A stretch of DNA of 32,000 nucleotides from Micrococcus luteus NCTC 2665 (GTDB lineage: Bacteria > Actinomycetota > Actinomycetes > Actinomycetales > Micrococcaceae): positions 360,001-392,000 of the forward strand of contig NC_012803.1 of NCBI RefSeq assembly GCF_000023205.1, given 5' to 3'. This document shows positions 24,147 through 31,413 of this stretch, one piece after another; the first letter of the stretch is position 1, and each line of letters begins with the position of its first letter. A program made the translations under genes and the position numbers. Under the pieces are notes generated by a model that had not been told where the DNA came from, made no database searches, and was given only the letters and a program-made list of their open reading frames with translations.

Positions 24147-25412
24147 GTGAGGGCGTGCCCCCGACCACTCCGCCCCCGAGCGCGGGGCCCCCGGCCGTCC
24201 CGTCGTCGGGACCCCCGCCAGGAACAGCCCGATCAGCAGCCCGCGTACCGCAGGCTGCTGATCGGGCTGTTCCTGGCGGGGGTGGCCACGTTCGCCCAGC
24301 TCTACTCCCCGCAGGGCCTGCTGCCGCTGGTCAGCGACGACCTGGGCGTCCCCGCGGACCGTGCCGCCCTGCTCGTCTCCGCCGGCACGCTCGGCCTCGC
24401 GCTGTCGGTGGTGCCGTGGTCCGTGGCCGGGGACCGGTGGGGCCGCCGACGCGCCATGGTGGTCTCGATGGTCTCCGCCAGTGCGTGCGCGCTCGCGGGC
24501 GTCCTCGCGCCCACGTTCGAGGCCATGCTTGGTCTGCGCCTGCTCGAGGGCATGGCGCACGGGGGCGTCGCGGGACTCGCCGTGGCGCTGCTGGCGGAGG
24601 AGGTGGCCCCGCACGCGGTCGCGGCGGCCGCCGGCACCTACATCGCCGGCACCACCCTCGGCGGTCTCTCCGGGCGGCTCCTCGCCCTGCCCGTCGCGGA
24701 GGCGTCCTCGTGGCGCGGCGGCATGCTGGCCGTCACCGTGGTCGGGGTGCTGTGCACCGTCGGCTTCCTGGCGATCACGCCGCGTGCCCGACGTTTCACG
24801 CCGTCGCCCACCTCCCCGGCGACGCTCGTGCGCATCGTGCGCGGCCACCTGCGCTCGCGGGAGCTCGTCGCCGTCTACCTGCAGGGTGCGCTGCTGATGG
24901 GCGGGTTCGTGGCGCTGTACAACTTCGTGGGCTACCGTCTGCTCGACCCGCCGTTCTCCTGGACGCCGACGGCGGCCGGCCTCGTCTTCCTCGCCTATCT
25001 CGCGGGCACGTGGTCGTCGCCGCGCGCGGGTCGGCTGGCCGCGCGGGTGGGACGGCTGCCCGTCCTGGCCGGCGCGACGGCGGCCATGGCGGCGGGCGTC
25101 GCCCTCACGTTGGTCCCGCATCCGGCGGTGCTGGTGCCCGCCCTCGTGCTCGTGACGGGCGCGTTCTTCGCCGCCCACGCCGTGGCCTCCGCGTGGTCCG
25201 GGACGGCCGCCCCCACGGGCCGCGCCCAGTCGACCTCCCTGTACAACTTCGCGTACTACGCCGGCTCGAGCCTCTTCGGCTGGCTGGGCGGCGTGTTCCA
25301 CGAGTCCCACGGGTGGCCGGGGACGGTGCTGATGGTCCTGGCCCTGGTGCTGACCGCCCTGGTGAGCGCCGTCGTCGTGCTGCGCGGACGCGGGACGGCC
25401 CCGGCGCGCTGA
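24147..25412 (+). CDS. MFS transporter, YnfM-like (start uncertain: GTG 24147 or GTG 24129)
   Basis: YRRLLIGLFLAGVATFAQLYSPQGLLPLVSDDLGVPADRAALLVSAGTLGLAL...GDRWGRRR matches the YnfM-type TM1/loop pattern, and a multi-TM protein follows. There is no in-frame ATG between the manB start and TM1. The N-terminal tail is Arg/Pro-rich and contains the left arm of a long palindrome. Confidence 0.8.
   Translation: MRACPRPLRPRARGPRPSRRRDPRQEQPDQQPAYRRLLIGLFLAGVATFAQLYSPQGLLPLVSDDLGVPADRAALLVSAGTLGLALSVVPWSVAGDRWGRRRAMVVSMVSASACALAGVLAPTFEAMLGLRLLEGMAHGGVAGLAVALLAEEVAPHAVAAAAGTYIAGTTLGGLSGRLLALPVAEASSWRGGMLAVTVVGVLCTVGFLAITPRARRFTPSPTSPATLVRIVRGHLRSRELVAVYLQGALLMGGFVALYNFVGYRLLDPPFSWTPTAAGLVFLAYLAGTWSSPRAGRLAARVGRLPVLAGATAAMAAGVALTLVPHPAVLVPALVLVTGAFFAAHAVASAWSGTAAPTGRAQSTSLYNFAYYAGSSLFGWLGGVFHESHGWPGTVLMVLALVLTALVSAVVVLRGRGTAPAR
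24211..24283. repeat. 73-nt near-perfect palindrome: 31-bp perfect inverted arms (24211-24241 / 24253-24283) around an 11-nt spacer
   Basis: ACCCCCGCCAGGAACAGCCCGATCAGCAGCC versus GGCTGCTGATCGGGCTGTTCCTGGCGGGGGT is an exact reverse complement, checked base by base. The spacer CGCGTACCGCA can add GCG/CGC pairs around a TAC loop. The same peptides (QEQPDQQP, LLIGLFLAG) appear in both the + and - track ORFs. Confidence 0.95.
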
Positions 25413-25424
25413 GCCGGGGCCGTC
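25394..25424. terminator. Hairpin spanning the MFS stop codon, between convergent genes (12-bp stem, 7-nt loop)
   Basis: GACGGCCCCGGC (25394-25405) pairs with GCCGGGGCCGTC (25413-25424). Confidence 0.5.
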
Positions 25425-25457
25425 GTCGGGGCGGATGTCAGTGGGTCGACCCGCCGA

Positions 25458-26810
25458 TCACCAGCCGAGGGCCTCGGCATCCGTGCCGGTGGCGGACCGG
25501 GCCTGGTCGCGCCAGGCGGCGAGCACCTCCGGGTCCTGCAGCTCGAGCCACGCGATCATCTGCTGGTAGGTCACGCAGTAGGTGTCCTCCTCGACGCAGA
25601 CCTCCCGCATGACCTTCTCCACAGCCGGGTTGAACGCGTTGAGACCCCAGTCGTTGAAGTGGTTGCCGAAGACCAGCGGGGCGCGGTTGCCCGCGAACGC
25701 CGAGTCGTACATGTAGCGGTAGGTGCGGTACTGGAAGTCGGTGAGTCGGGCGACGTCCTCCGGGATGTCCTTGCCGCCGTTGCCGGAGATCCAGAAGTTG
25801 TAGTCCATCGCCATCACGAACGGGCTGGCCGCGCCCTTCTCGGCGAGCACGGGGGACCAGGTCATCGGCATCTCGAACTCCCAGATCCCGTCCTCCCGGT
25901 AGGGCCAGGCGACGCCGGAGGCGGCCGCGGCACGCGACGTGTCGTACTCGAGTCCGTTGTCCTTCCACATCGGGACGAGCTGGTCCCACTCCCCGTCGAG
26001 GCAGGGCAGACGGCCGCCCTTGACGTCCTCGGGGGTGACCTCCAGCGCCGGCAGGGAGCTGCCCGGGTTGTAGGCGCCGGGGTCGGAGAGGATGTCCGCG
26101 AACGAGCCGTACTCCCGCTCCCACTCGGCCGTGGACCACTGGTCTGCGCCGTACCTCGTGGGCGCGCACAGGTGGCCCGCGTAGTGGGTGCCGATCTCGT
26201 GGCCGGCGGCGTGGGCCGTGTTGATGTTCTCGATGCGCTGCGCCACCTCGGCCTCGTCGCCGCCGAACTCCGTGCCCACGTAGCCGGGCGCCGTGTAGTT
26301 CTCCCGGTTGGCGGTCTCGATGAGGTTGATCGCGGACTGGAACACCGTGAACTTCGCGTCGGAGTCCGCCGCCGCATCCAGGAAGGTCTTCCAGCGCGCG
26401 TCCTGACGGCCGCCGTCGAAGGAGAAGAGGACGAACTGCGGCGGGCGCTCCTCCGCCGTGAAGGCCCGCATCGGCACGCCCTCATGAGAGCGGGCGGCCA
26501 GGGGGAGCGCGGGGTCCGCGGGGTCTGCGGCGGCCGACGGCGAGCCCTCACCGGACGACGCCGCGGCCTGCGAGGAGGCCGCATCCGAGGACCGTCCCTG
26601 TGACGACGAGGCCTCGGATCCGTCCGCAGATGCGGGCGACGAGACGGCCGCGTCCGTGGCGCCGGAGGACCCGGCCGCCGCCCCCTCGTCCCCCTGCGGG
26701 GCGGCGCAGCCGGCCAGCACGAGGGCGAGCGCCACCGACGTCCCCCACCAGCGGCGTCGCCGGGGCGAGGGGGTGTCGACGGTGCGGGCGGACGGGCGGG
26801 GGAAGGACAT
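25458..26810 (-). CDS. Lipoprotein with polysaccharide-deacetylase (NodB/CE4-like) domain, 450 aa
   Basis: The ATG is the complement of 26808-26810, with AGGAGA upstream. It has a signal peptide plus lipobox (WWGTSVALALVLAGCAAP) and a Ser/Ala-rich linker. FVLFSFDGG resembles the TFDDG motif and AAGHEIGTHYAGH resembles the HxxxH motif. The upstream 326 aa of track ORF 25458..27788 are artefactual. Confidence 0.68.
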   Translation of the reverse strand: MSFPRPSARTVDTPSPRRRRWWGTSVALALVLAGCAAPQGDEGAAAGSSGATDAAVSSPASADGSEASSSQGRSSDAASSQAAASSGEGSPSAAADPADPALPLAARSHEGVPMRAFTAEERPPQFVLFSFDGGRQDARWKTFLDAAADSDAKFTVFQSAINLIETANRENYTAPGYVGTEFGGDEAEVAQRIENINTAHAAGHEIGTHYAGHLCAPTRYGADQWSTAEWEREYGSFADILSDPGAYNPGSSLPALEVTPEDVKGGRLPCLDGEWDQLVPMWKDNGLEYDTSRAAAASGVAWPYREDGIWEFEMPMTWSPVLAEKGAASPFVMAMDYNFWISGNGGKDIPEDVARLTDFQYRTYRYMYDSAFAGNRAPLVFGNHFNDWGLNAFNPAVEKVMREVCVEEDTYCVTYQQMIAWLELQDPEVLAAWRDQARSATGTDAEALGW

Positions 26811-26993
26811 GCGGTCTCCTGGCTCGGTCGAGTGGCGGGTGGAGTGCCTCCTCCATGGCCGCCGTGACCAGACACGGAGGACTCCACATTCCACCGTAGG
26901 CGAGGCCATCGGTGGCTCTGGGGCCCTGGCAGAACTGTGACCAGGTTGTGATGTGGCGCCGCGGTCGCCGACATGGCCCTCGCGGGCCACACC

Positions 26994-26999
26994 TAGACT
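26994..26999 (+). promoter_or_regulatory. Possible -10 hexamer TAGACT, 6 nt before ATG 27006 (leaderless mRNA candidate)
   Basis: TAGACT fits the TANNNT pattern. The GGAGG at 27000-27004 is only 1 nt from the ATG, too close to act as an SD, which favours a leaderless start. Confidence 0.3.
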
Positions 27000-27005
27000 G
27001 GAGGC

Positions 27006-27857
27006 ATGGAATATCTCGTCCCTGTCCTCGCGGTGGTCGTCATCGGCGCCCTCGCGTTCGCCGCCGCCCGGTGGATGTCGGCCGGTCGAGCGCGTCAGGC
27101 GGCGAGCCAGCGCACGCCGCCCGGTCGCGGGCTGGACATCGGACCGGAGCGGGCGCGTCTGGCGGCGGGGCTGCTGGACGAGGACGCGCATCAGCGGGTG
27201 TACGGGCACATCGCCCAGAGCCGCGTCATGGAGGCCGTGCGCGACTACCGCGCCCACACCGGGCGCGGCCTGAAGGACGCCGTCATGGACGTGCAGTCCC
27301 TCGCCGTGCATCCGCAGGTCTACTCCGAGCCGGCGCAGGAACCGGACGCCACGTCCGCCGGAGCCGCGGGGCCCGTTTCCGCCGACCATGAGGAGCCCCA
27401 CCGGGACGACGTGGCCCCGGCCGAGACCCCCGGGCCGGAGCGGCCCGGACAGGATCCGAGTGGGCGGAGGGAGCCGGACGCCCAGACGACCGAGGGCGAG
27501 ACCTCTGGCGCCGTGGCCGAGGACGACGCCCGGCAGGACACCGACCACGCCTCGGCTGCGCCGCGTCCGACGACGCCGCTTGCCGACGAGCTGACCACCC
27601 TGACCGTCCCGGCCGAGTGGACCGCCGCGCCCGCCGAGGAGGAGCTCCCCTTCGAGGTCGAGGTGATGCGGGGGACGGAGTCCGTCCGCCTCTCTTCGCA
27701 GGACCTGCCGCCGTGGCTGCGCGACCAGCTCTCCGCCATGGTGCGGGACGGCAACCTCGAGTCCGCCGCGGTCCAGCTGTCCAGCCACTCGGAGCTCTCC
27801 GTCCCGGAGGCGTACGAGCTGCTGCGCCGCATGCGCGAGCGTCGCGGGGAGGGCTAG
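27006..27857 (+). CDS. Hypothetical membrane-anchored protein with two ribosomal L7/L12 C-terminal-domain-like modules and an acidic/Pro-rich linker, 283 aa
   Basis: The N-terminal TM is YLVPVLAVVVIGALAFAAARW. Module 1 is RVMEAVRDYRAHTGRGLKDAVMDVQSL. Module 2 is MVRDGNLESAAVQLSSHSELSVPEAYELLRRM. Third-position G/C bias is consistent with coding. Confidence 0.65.
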   Translation: MEYLVPVLAVVVIGALAFAAARWMSAGRARQAASQRTPPGRGLDIGPERARLAAGLLDEDAHQRVYGHIAQSRVMEAVRDYRAHTGRGLKDAVMDVQSLAVHPQVYSEPAQEPDATSAGAAGPVSADHEEPHRDDVAPAETPGPERPGQDPSGRREPDAQTTEGETSGAVAEDDARQDTDHASAAPRPTTPLADELTTLTVPAEWTAAPAEEELPFEVEVMRGTESVRLSSQDLPPWLRDQLSAMVRDGNLESAAVQLSSHSELSVPEAYELLRRMRERRGEG

Positions 27858-27900
27858 TCACCAGCCGGTCGGCATGTCAGGTCCCCGCGCGCAGACGCGA

Positions 27901-27933
27901 AGAGGGCCGGAATCGCGTGGATTCCGGCCCTCT
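27901..27933. terminator. Hairpin between the hypothetical gene and tRNA-Ser(GCU) (14-bp stem, 5-nt loop)
   Basis: AGAGGGCCGGAATC (27901-27914) pairs with GATTCCGGCCCTCT (27920-27933). Confidence 0.55.
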
Positions 27934-27937
27934 CTCG

Positions 27938-28026
27938 CGGAGACGGGGGGATTTGAACCCCCGGCCCGACTTTCGTCGAGCCCTTCATTAGCAGTGAAGT
28001 CCATTCGGCCGCTCTGGCACGTCTCC
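27938..28026 (-). tRNA. tRNA-Ser (anticodon GCU), 89 nt, CCA not encoded
   Basis: The reverse complement reads GGAGACGTGCCAGAGCGGCCGAATGGACTTCACTGCTAATGAAGGGCTCGACGAAAGTCGGGCCGGGGGTTCAAATCCCCCCGTCTCCG. It has anticodon stem CTTCA/TGAAG with loop CTGCTAA, a long variable arm and T-arm GGGGG TTCAAAT CCCCC. Confidence 0.93.
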
Positions 28027-28143
28027 TCCGTCCGGCGCGCCTCGCACGGGGCGACGCGCGGTCAGACCGGTCCAGCTTAGCGCGCCAGGCCAGGGCAGGG
28101 CAAAGGAGCGACGTGCTCACGGGCGGACCACCACCGCGCACGA

Positions 28144-28177
28144 GCGGGGCCCCGGATCCATGGATCCGGGGCCCCGC
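28144..28177 (-). terminator. 34-bp perfect palindrome (centre CCATGG) downstream of the DUF2382 gene, preceded by a second small hairpin at 28194-28208
   Basis: GCGGGGCCCCGGATCCA|TGGATCCGGGGCCCCGC was checked pair by pair. CCGGCC-TGA-GGCCGG lies at 28194-28208. Both lie 3' of the minus-strand stop at 28223. Confidence 0.6.
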
Positions 28178-28222
28178 GTGATCTGTCAGTCGTCCGGCCT
28201 GAGGCCGGCGCGTCTGGTCAGA

Positions 28223-29083
28223 TCAGATGCGATCCTTGCGGCCGTCGAGGTCGCGATCGGTGGCGTCGCCGTCGACCTTGACGTCCTCGTGGCGGACCTC
28301 CTCGGTCACCGTCTCGGTGTCCTGCACCTGGCGCTTGCCCAGGGAGACCTTCTCGGCGTCCACGGTCTTGTTGACGACCGGGGTCTCCTCGTAGGTGGTC
28401 ACCTCGACGTCGCCGTCGCGGCCGGCGGTGCGGGCCTCGGCGGAGTTCGGGTCGACGGACTCGCGCTCCACCACGACCTCCTCGCGGGTGACGGGCACCT
28501 CGACGGTCTCGGTGGTGGTGTAGGCCTGCTTGCGCAGCCGGACGCGGCCGGAGGCGCGGCGCTCGGTGCCGACGCTCAGGTGCTCGTCCTTGACGACGAC
28601 GGAGTCGGCGTCGGTCACGTCGCGGCGGTCGCCGTCCACGACGGCCTCGTCGCGACGGTCGGCCACGCCGGCCACACCCGCAGTGCCGGCCACGCCGGCG
28701 GTGCCGGCATCGGTGCGCACGTCGTCACGACGCTCGTCGCCGTCGTGATCCACGGCGGGGTACTCCACGACGGAGTACTCCAGGGAGTAGTACTCGTAGA
28801 TGCGCTGCTCCTCCTCGGGGGTCAGCGAGCCGTCGGCGTCCACGTTCGGGGCGTCCTTCACGAAGGACTTCTCGAAGGGCACCGTGATGCCGTCGGCGGT
28901 GATCTGGGCCTGCTGCAGCGGGACGAAGGTCTCGCGGGCGCCGAACAGGCCGGTCTTCACCGTGATGAAGGTGGGCTCGTTGGTGACGTCGTCGAGGTAG
29001 ACCTGACCGACAGAGCCGATCTTGTCGCCGTCGGTGGCGAAGACGGTGGAGTTCTGCAGCTGGTCGAGAGCGTTGCGGTCCAT
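28223..29083 (-). CDS. PRC-barrel + DUF2382 (YsnF/AvaK-like) general-stress protein, 286 aa
   Basis: The start is at Met16 of the track ORF (complement of 29081-29083), with AAGGAG upstream. The N-terminal domain reads VFATDGDKIGSVGQVYLDDVTNEPTFITVKTGLFGARETFVPL. The C-terminal domain reads EHLSVGTERRASGRVRLRKQAYTTTETVEVPVTREEVVVERE. Confidence 0.85.
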   Translation of the reverse strand: MDRNALDQLQNSTVFATDGDKIGSVGQVYLDDVTNEPTFITVKTGLFGARETFVPLQQAQITADGITVPFEKSFVKDAPNVDADGSLTPEEEQRIYEYYSLEYSVVEYPAVDHDGDERRDDVRTDAGTAGVAGTAGVAGVADRRDEAVVDGDRRDVTDADSVVVKDEHLSVGTERRASGRVRLRKQAYTTTETVEVPVTREEVVVERESVDPNSAEARTAGRDGDVEVTTYEETPVVNKTVDAEKVSLGKRQVQDTETVTEEVRHEDVKVDGDATDRDLDGRKDRI

Positions 29084-29373
29084 GAGGAATTCTCCTTCTG
29101 AATTGGTGTTTTGTTGCCTTACGCTCATTCACAATTCCCCATGGGCCCGAGTGGCGTCAACCATCGGCCCCCAGATTCCCAATTCCCAGACTTCTCCCAG
29201 AATTTCGGTGTGATCCGCGTGATTCCGCGGATTCTTCGTCCGGGCCTGCTGTGGATCCTGGGGGATCGGTGGGAGTGTGGCGCATGCGGTCCGCGACCCT
29301 TGACGGCCACCGATATTGTGTGGAATACGCGTGCCGCAGGCGTGAAAACGATCCCGAGGAGAGTGGAGGCCCC

Positions 29374-31329
29374 ATGTCCGAGCCCCTGGTGGCCGATCGC
29401 CGCCTCGCAGTGGTGGGAGCCGGCCCCCGCGGCGTCATGCTGCTGGAGCGGATCCTCGCCCGACTCGAGGGCGCGGCCCCGGACGCGCACCCCCGGCGGC
29501 TGCGCATCGACGTCGTGGACCCCTATCCCCCCGGGCCGGGGCGGGTGTGGCGCACGGACCAGTCCGAGCTGTACCTCATGAACACCCCCGCGTTCTTCCC
29601 GACCGCGTGCGCCGCCGACAACCCCGGTCTGCGCCCCTCCACCGCCGCCCAGACCTTCGACCAGTGGCGACGCGTGCACCCGGAGGCCAGCCTCGGCGTG
29701 CGCCGCCACCAGTACCCGGCCCGTGCGGTCTACGGGCGCTACCTCCGGCATCTGTACAAGGACGTCGTCGCGGGGCTGCGCGCCCGTCCCGAGGTCGTCG
29801 AGGTCGTCGAGCACCGCGCGGAGACCACCGCCCTGCACCCCCGGCCCGACGGCGGTGCCCGCCTGGAGCTGCGGGACGCCGACGGCGCGGTCTCCGCGCT
29901 CGACGCGGACGCCGTCGTGCTCTGCCTGGGCCACCAGCCGGCGGAGCTCAGTCCCGGCCAGAGTCGGATGGCCGCCGCCGCGCGGGGCCGGGACGAGCCG
30001 CACTACCAGGGCCCGCAGATCCCCTCGGACGTGGACTGGGAGACCGTGGAGGCCGGGGCGGACGTCCTCGTGCGGGGCATGGGCCTGAACGCGTTCGACC
30101 TGCTGGCCCAGCTCACCCAGGGCCGGGGCGGGGTGTACCGCCGCACCGGCGACGGACCCGGCCGGGCCCTGCGGTACGAGCCGTCGGGGGACGAGCCGCG
30201 CCTGCACCTGATGTCCCGTCGCGGCATCCCGTACCTGCCCAAGGCCGAGGTGGACGCCTTCGTGCCCCGCGGCGTCACCCTCAGCTACCTCTCCGACGCC
30301 GCCGTGGACGCCCTCGCCGCCCGGCACGGGGCCCTGGACCTCGCCGAGCACCTCTGGCCGCTGCTGCACCGCGACGTGGTCCGGCACTACTACGCCACGC
30401 TCGTCCGGGCCCAGCCCGAGATCCTCGGCGGCCCCGTCGAGGCGCGGCGGTTCCTCGGGGAGCTCGTCGGCCAGCTCGAGGAGGCCGGCCGCGGCGCCCC
30501 CGTGACCTCCGCGCACGCCGAGGAGCTCCTCCAGCGGTACGCCCCCGGCCGCCGCTTCCTCGACATCCGGGCCTATGGGTCCCCGTTCGAGGACGCCGTG
30601 TTCGCCTCCCATGAGGACTATCAGCGGGCCGTCGCGGACCTCATGGAGCAGGCGTGCGTGGAGGCCGCCCTCGGGGAGGAGTCCCCGTTCATGATGGCCG
30701 TCGGCGCGCTCCATGCGGGCCGACTGCGGATCAAGGCATGGATCGCCGAGGGCCGGATCGCCGAGGCCTCCCGCATCCGGGACGTCCAGGGCTGGTTCGA
30801 GCCGCTGGTCGAGGGCCTCGCCTCCGGCCCGCCCCTGTGGCGCGTCGAGCAGATGCTCGCGGTGCACCGGGCCGGCCTGCTCACCTGGGCCGGTCCCGCG
30901 CCCGTGGTCGAGGCCGAGGACCACGGGTTCACCGCCCGCAGCCCCCAGGTGGGAGCGCAGGACTCGCTGGAGCCCGCCGTCGTCGAGGGGGCCTGGCTGG
31001 TGGAGGCGATGATGCCGCCCAACCGCGTGCAGGCCGCCGCCTCCCCGCTGGTCCGTCAGATGCTGGCGGACGGCGTCGCCGAGGCCGGGACGTGGGAGGA
31101 CGAGGAGGGTGTGCGCGTGCCCGCCCCCGGCTTCGACGTCACCGCCCGCCCGTACCGGCTGCGGGCCGCGGACGGCACGGTCCACGCGGACGTGTTCGTG
31201 CTGGGCCTGCAGCTCTCCGGCGTGCAGTGGGGCACCGCGATCGCGGCCGAGGCCGGGGCCGATCCGGCCGGACGTGCCCTCTTCCTCGCCGACGCCGACG
31301 CCGCCGCGGCGGCCGTGCTCGCCGGCTGA
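29374..31329 (+). CDS. FAD/NAD(P)-binding domain protein of unknown function, 651 aa
   Basis: In-frame ATG at 29374 with GGAGG 4 nt upstream. The N-terminal Rossmann dinucleotide motif is RLAVVGAGPRGVMLLERI. A second nucleotide-binding-like DVLVRGMGLNAFD follows. I could assign no catalytic family from the sequence alone. Confidence 0.72.
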   Translation: MSEPLVADRRLAVVGAGPRGVMLLERILARLEGAAPDAHPRRLRIDVVDPYPPGPGRVWRTDQSELYLMNTPAFFPTACAADNPGLRPSTAAQTFDQWRRVHPEASLGVRRHQYPARAVYGRYLRHLYKDVVAGLRARPEVVEVVEHRAETTALHPRPDGGARLELRDADGAVSALDADAVVLCLGHQPAELSPGQSRMAAAARGRDEPHYQGPQIPSDVDWETVEAGADVLVRGMGLNAFDLLAQLTQGRGGVYRRTGDGPGRALRYEPSGDEPRLHLMSRRGIPYLPKAEVDAFVPRGVTLSYLSDAAVDALAARHGALDLAEHLWPLLHRDVVRHYYATLVRAQPEILGGPVEARRFLGELVGQLEEAGRGAPVTSAHAEELLQRYAPGRRFLDIRAYGSPFEDAVFASHEDYQRAVADLMEQACVEAALGEESPFMMAVGALHAGRLRIKAWIAEGRIAEASRIRDVQGWFEPLVEGLASGPPLWRVEQMLAVHRAGLLTWAGPAPVVEAEDHGFTARSPQVGAQDSLEPAVVEGAWLVEAMMPPNRVQAAASPLVRQMLADGVAEAGTWEDEEGVRVPAPGFDVTARPYRLRAADGTVHADVFVLGLQLSGVQWGTAIAAEAGADPAGRALFLADADAAAAAVLAG

Positions 31330-31337
31330 GCCCCCAC

Positions 31338-31386
31338 GACGACGGCGGGGCCGCCCGGGTGGATCCCGGACGGCCCCGCCGTCGTC
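31338..31386. terminator. Bidirectional hairpin between convergent genes (16-bp outer stem plus inner CCGGG/CCCGG stem)
   Basis: GACGACGGCGGGGCCG (31338-31353) pairs with CGGCCCCGCCGTCGTC (31371-31386). Confidence 0.6.
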
Positions 31387-31413
31387 ATGCCGGATGCGGC
31401 GCCCCGCCTCCCG

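Noticed and set aside
26864-26944. An 8-bp direct repeat GTGACCAG (26864 and 26937) and an imperfect inverted repeat GTGGAGTGCCTCC / GGAGGACTCCAC (26839-26887) in the lipoprotein/hypothetical divergent region.
   Set aside because: One repeated 8-mer in ~195 nt is not clearly beyond chance, and the inverted repeat has a bulge and a 24-nt loop. This is too weak to report as a regulatory element.
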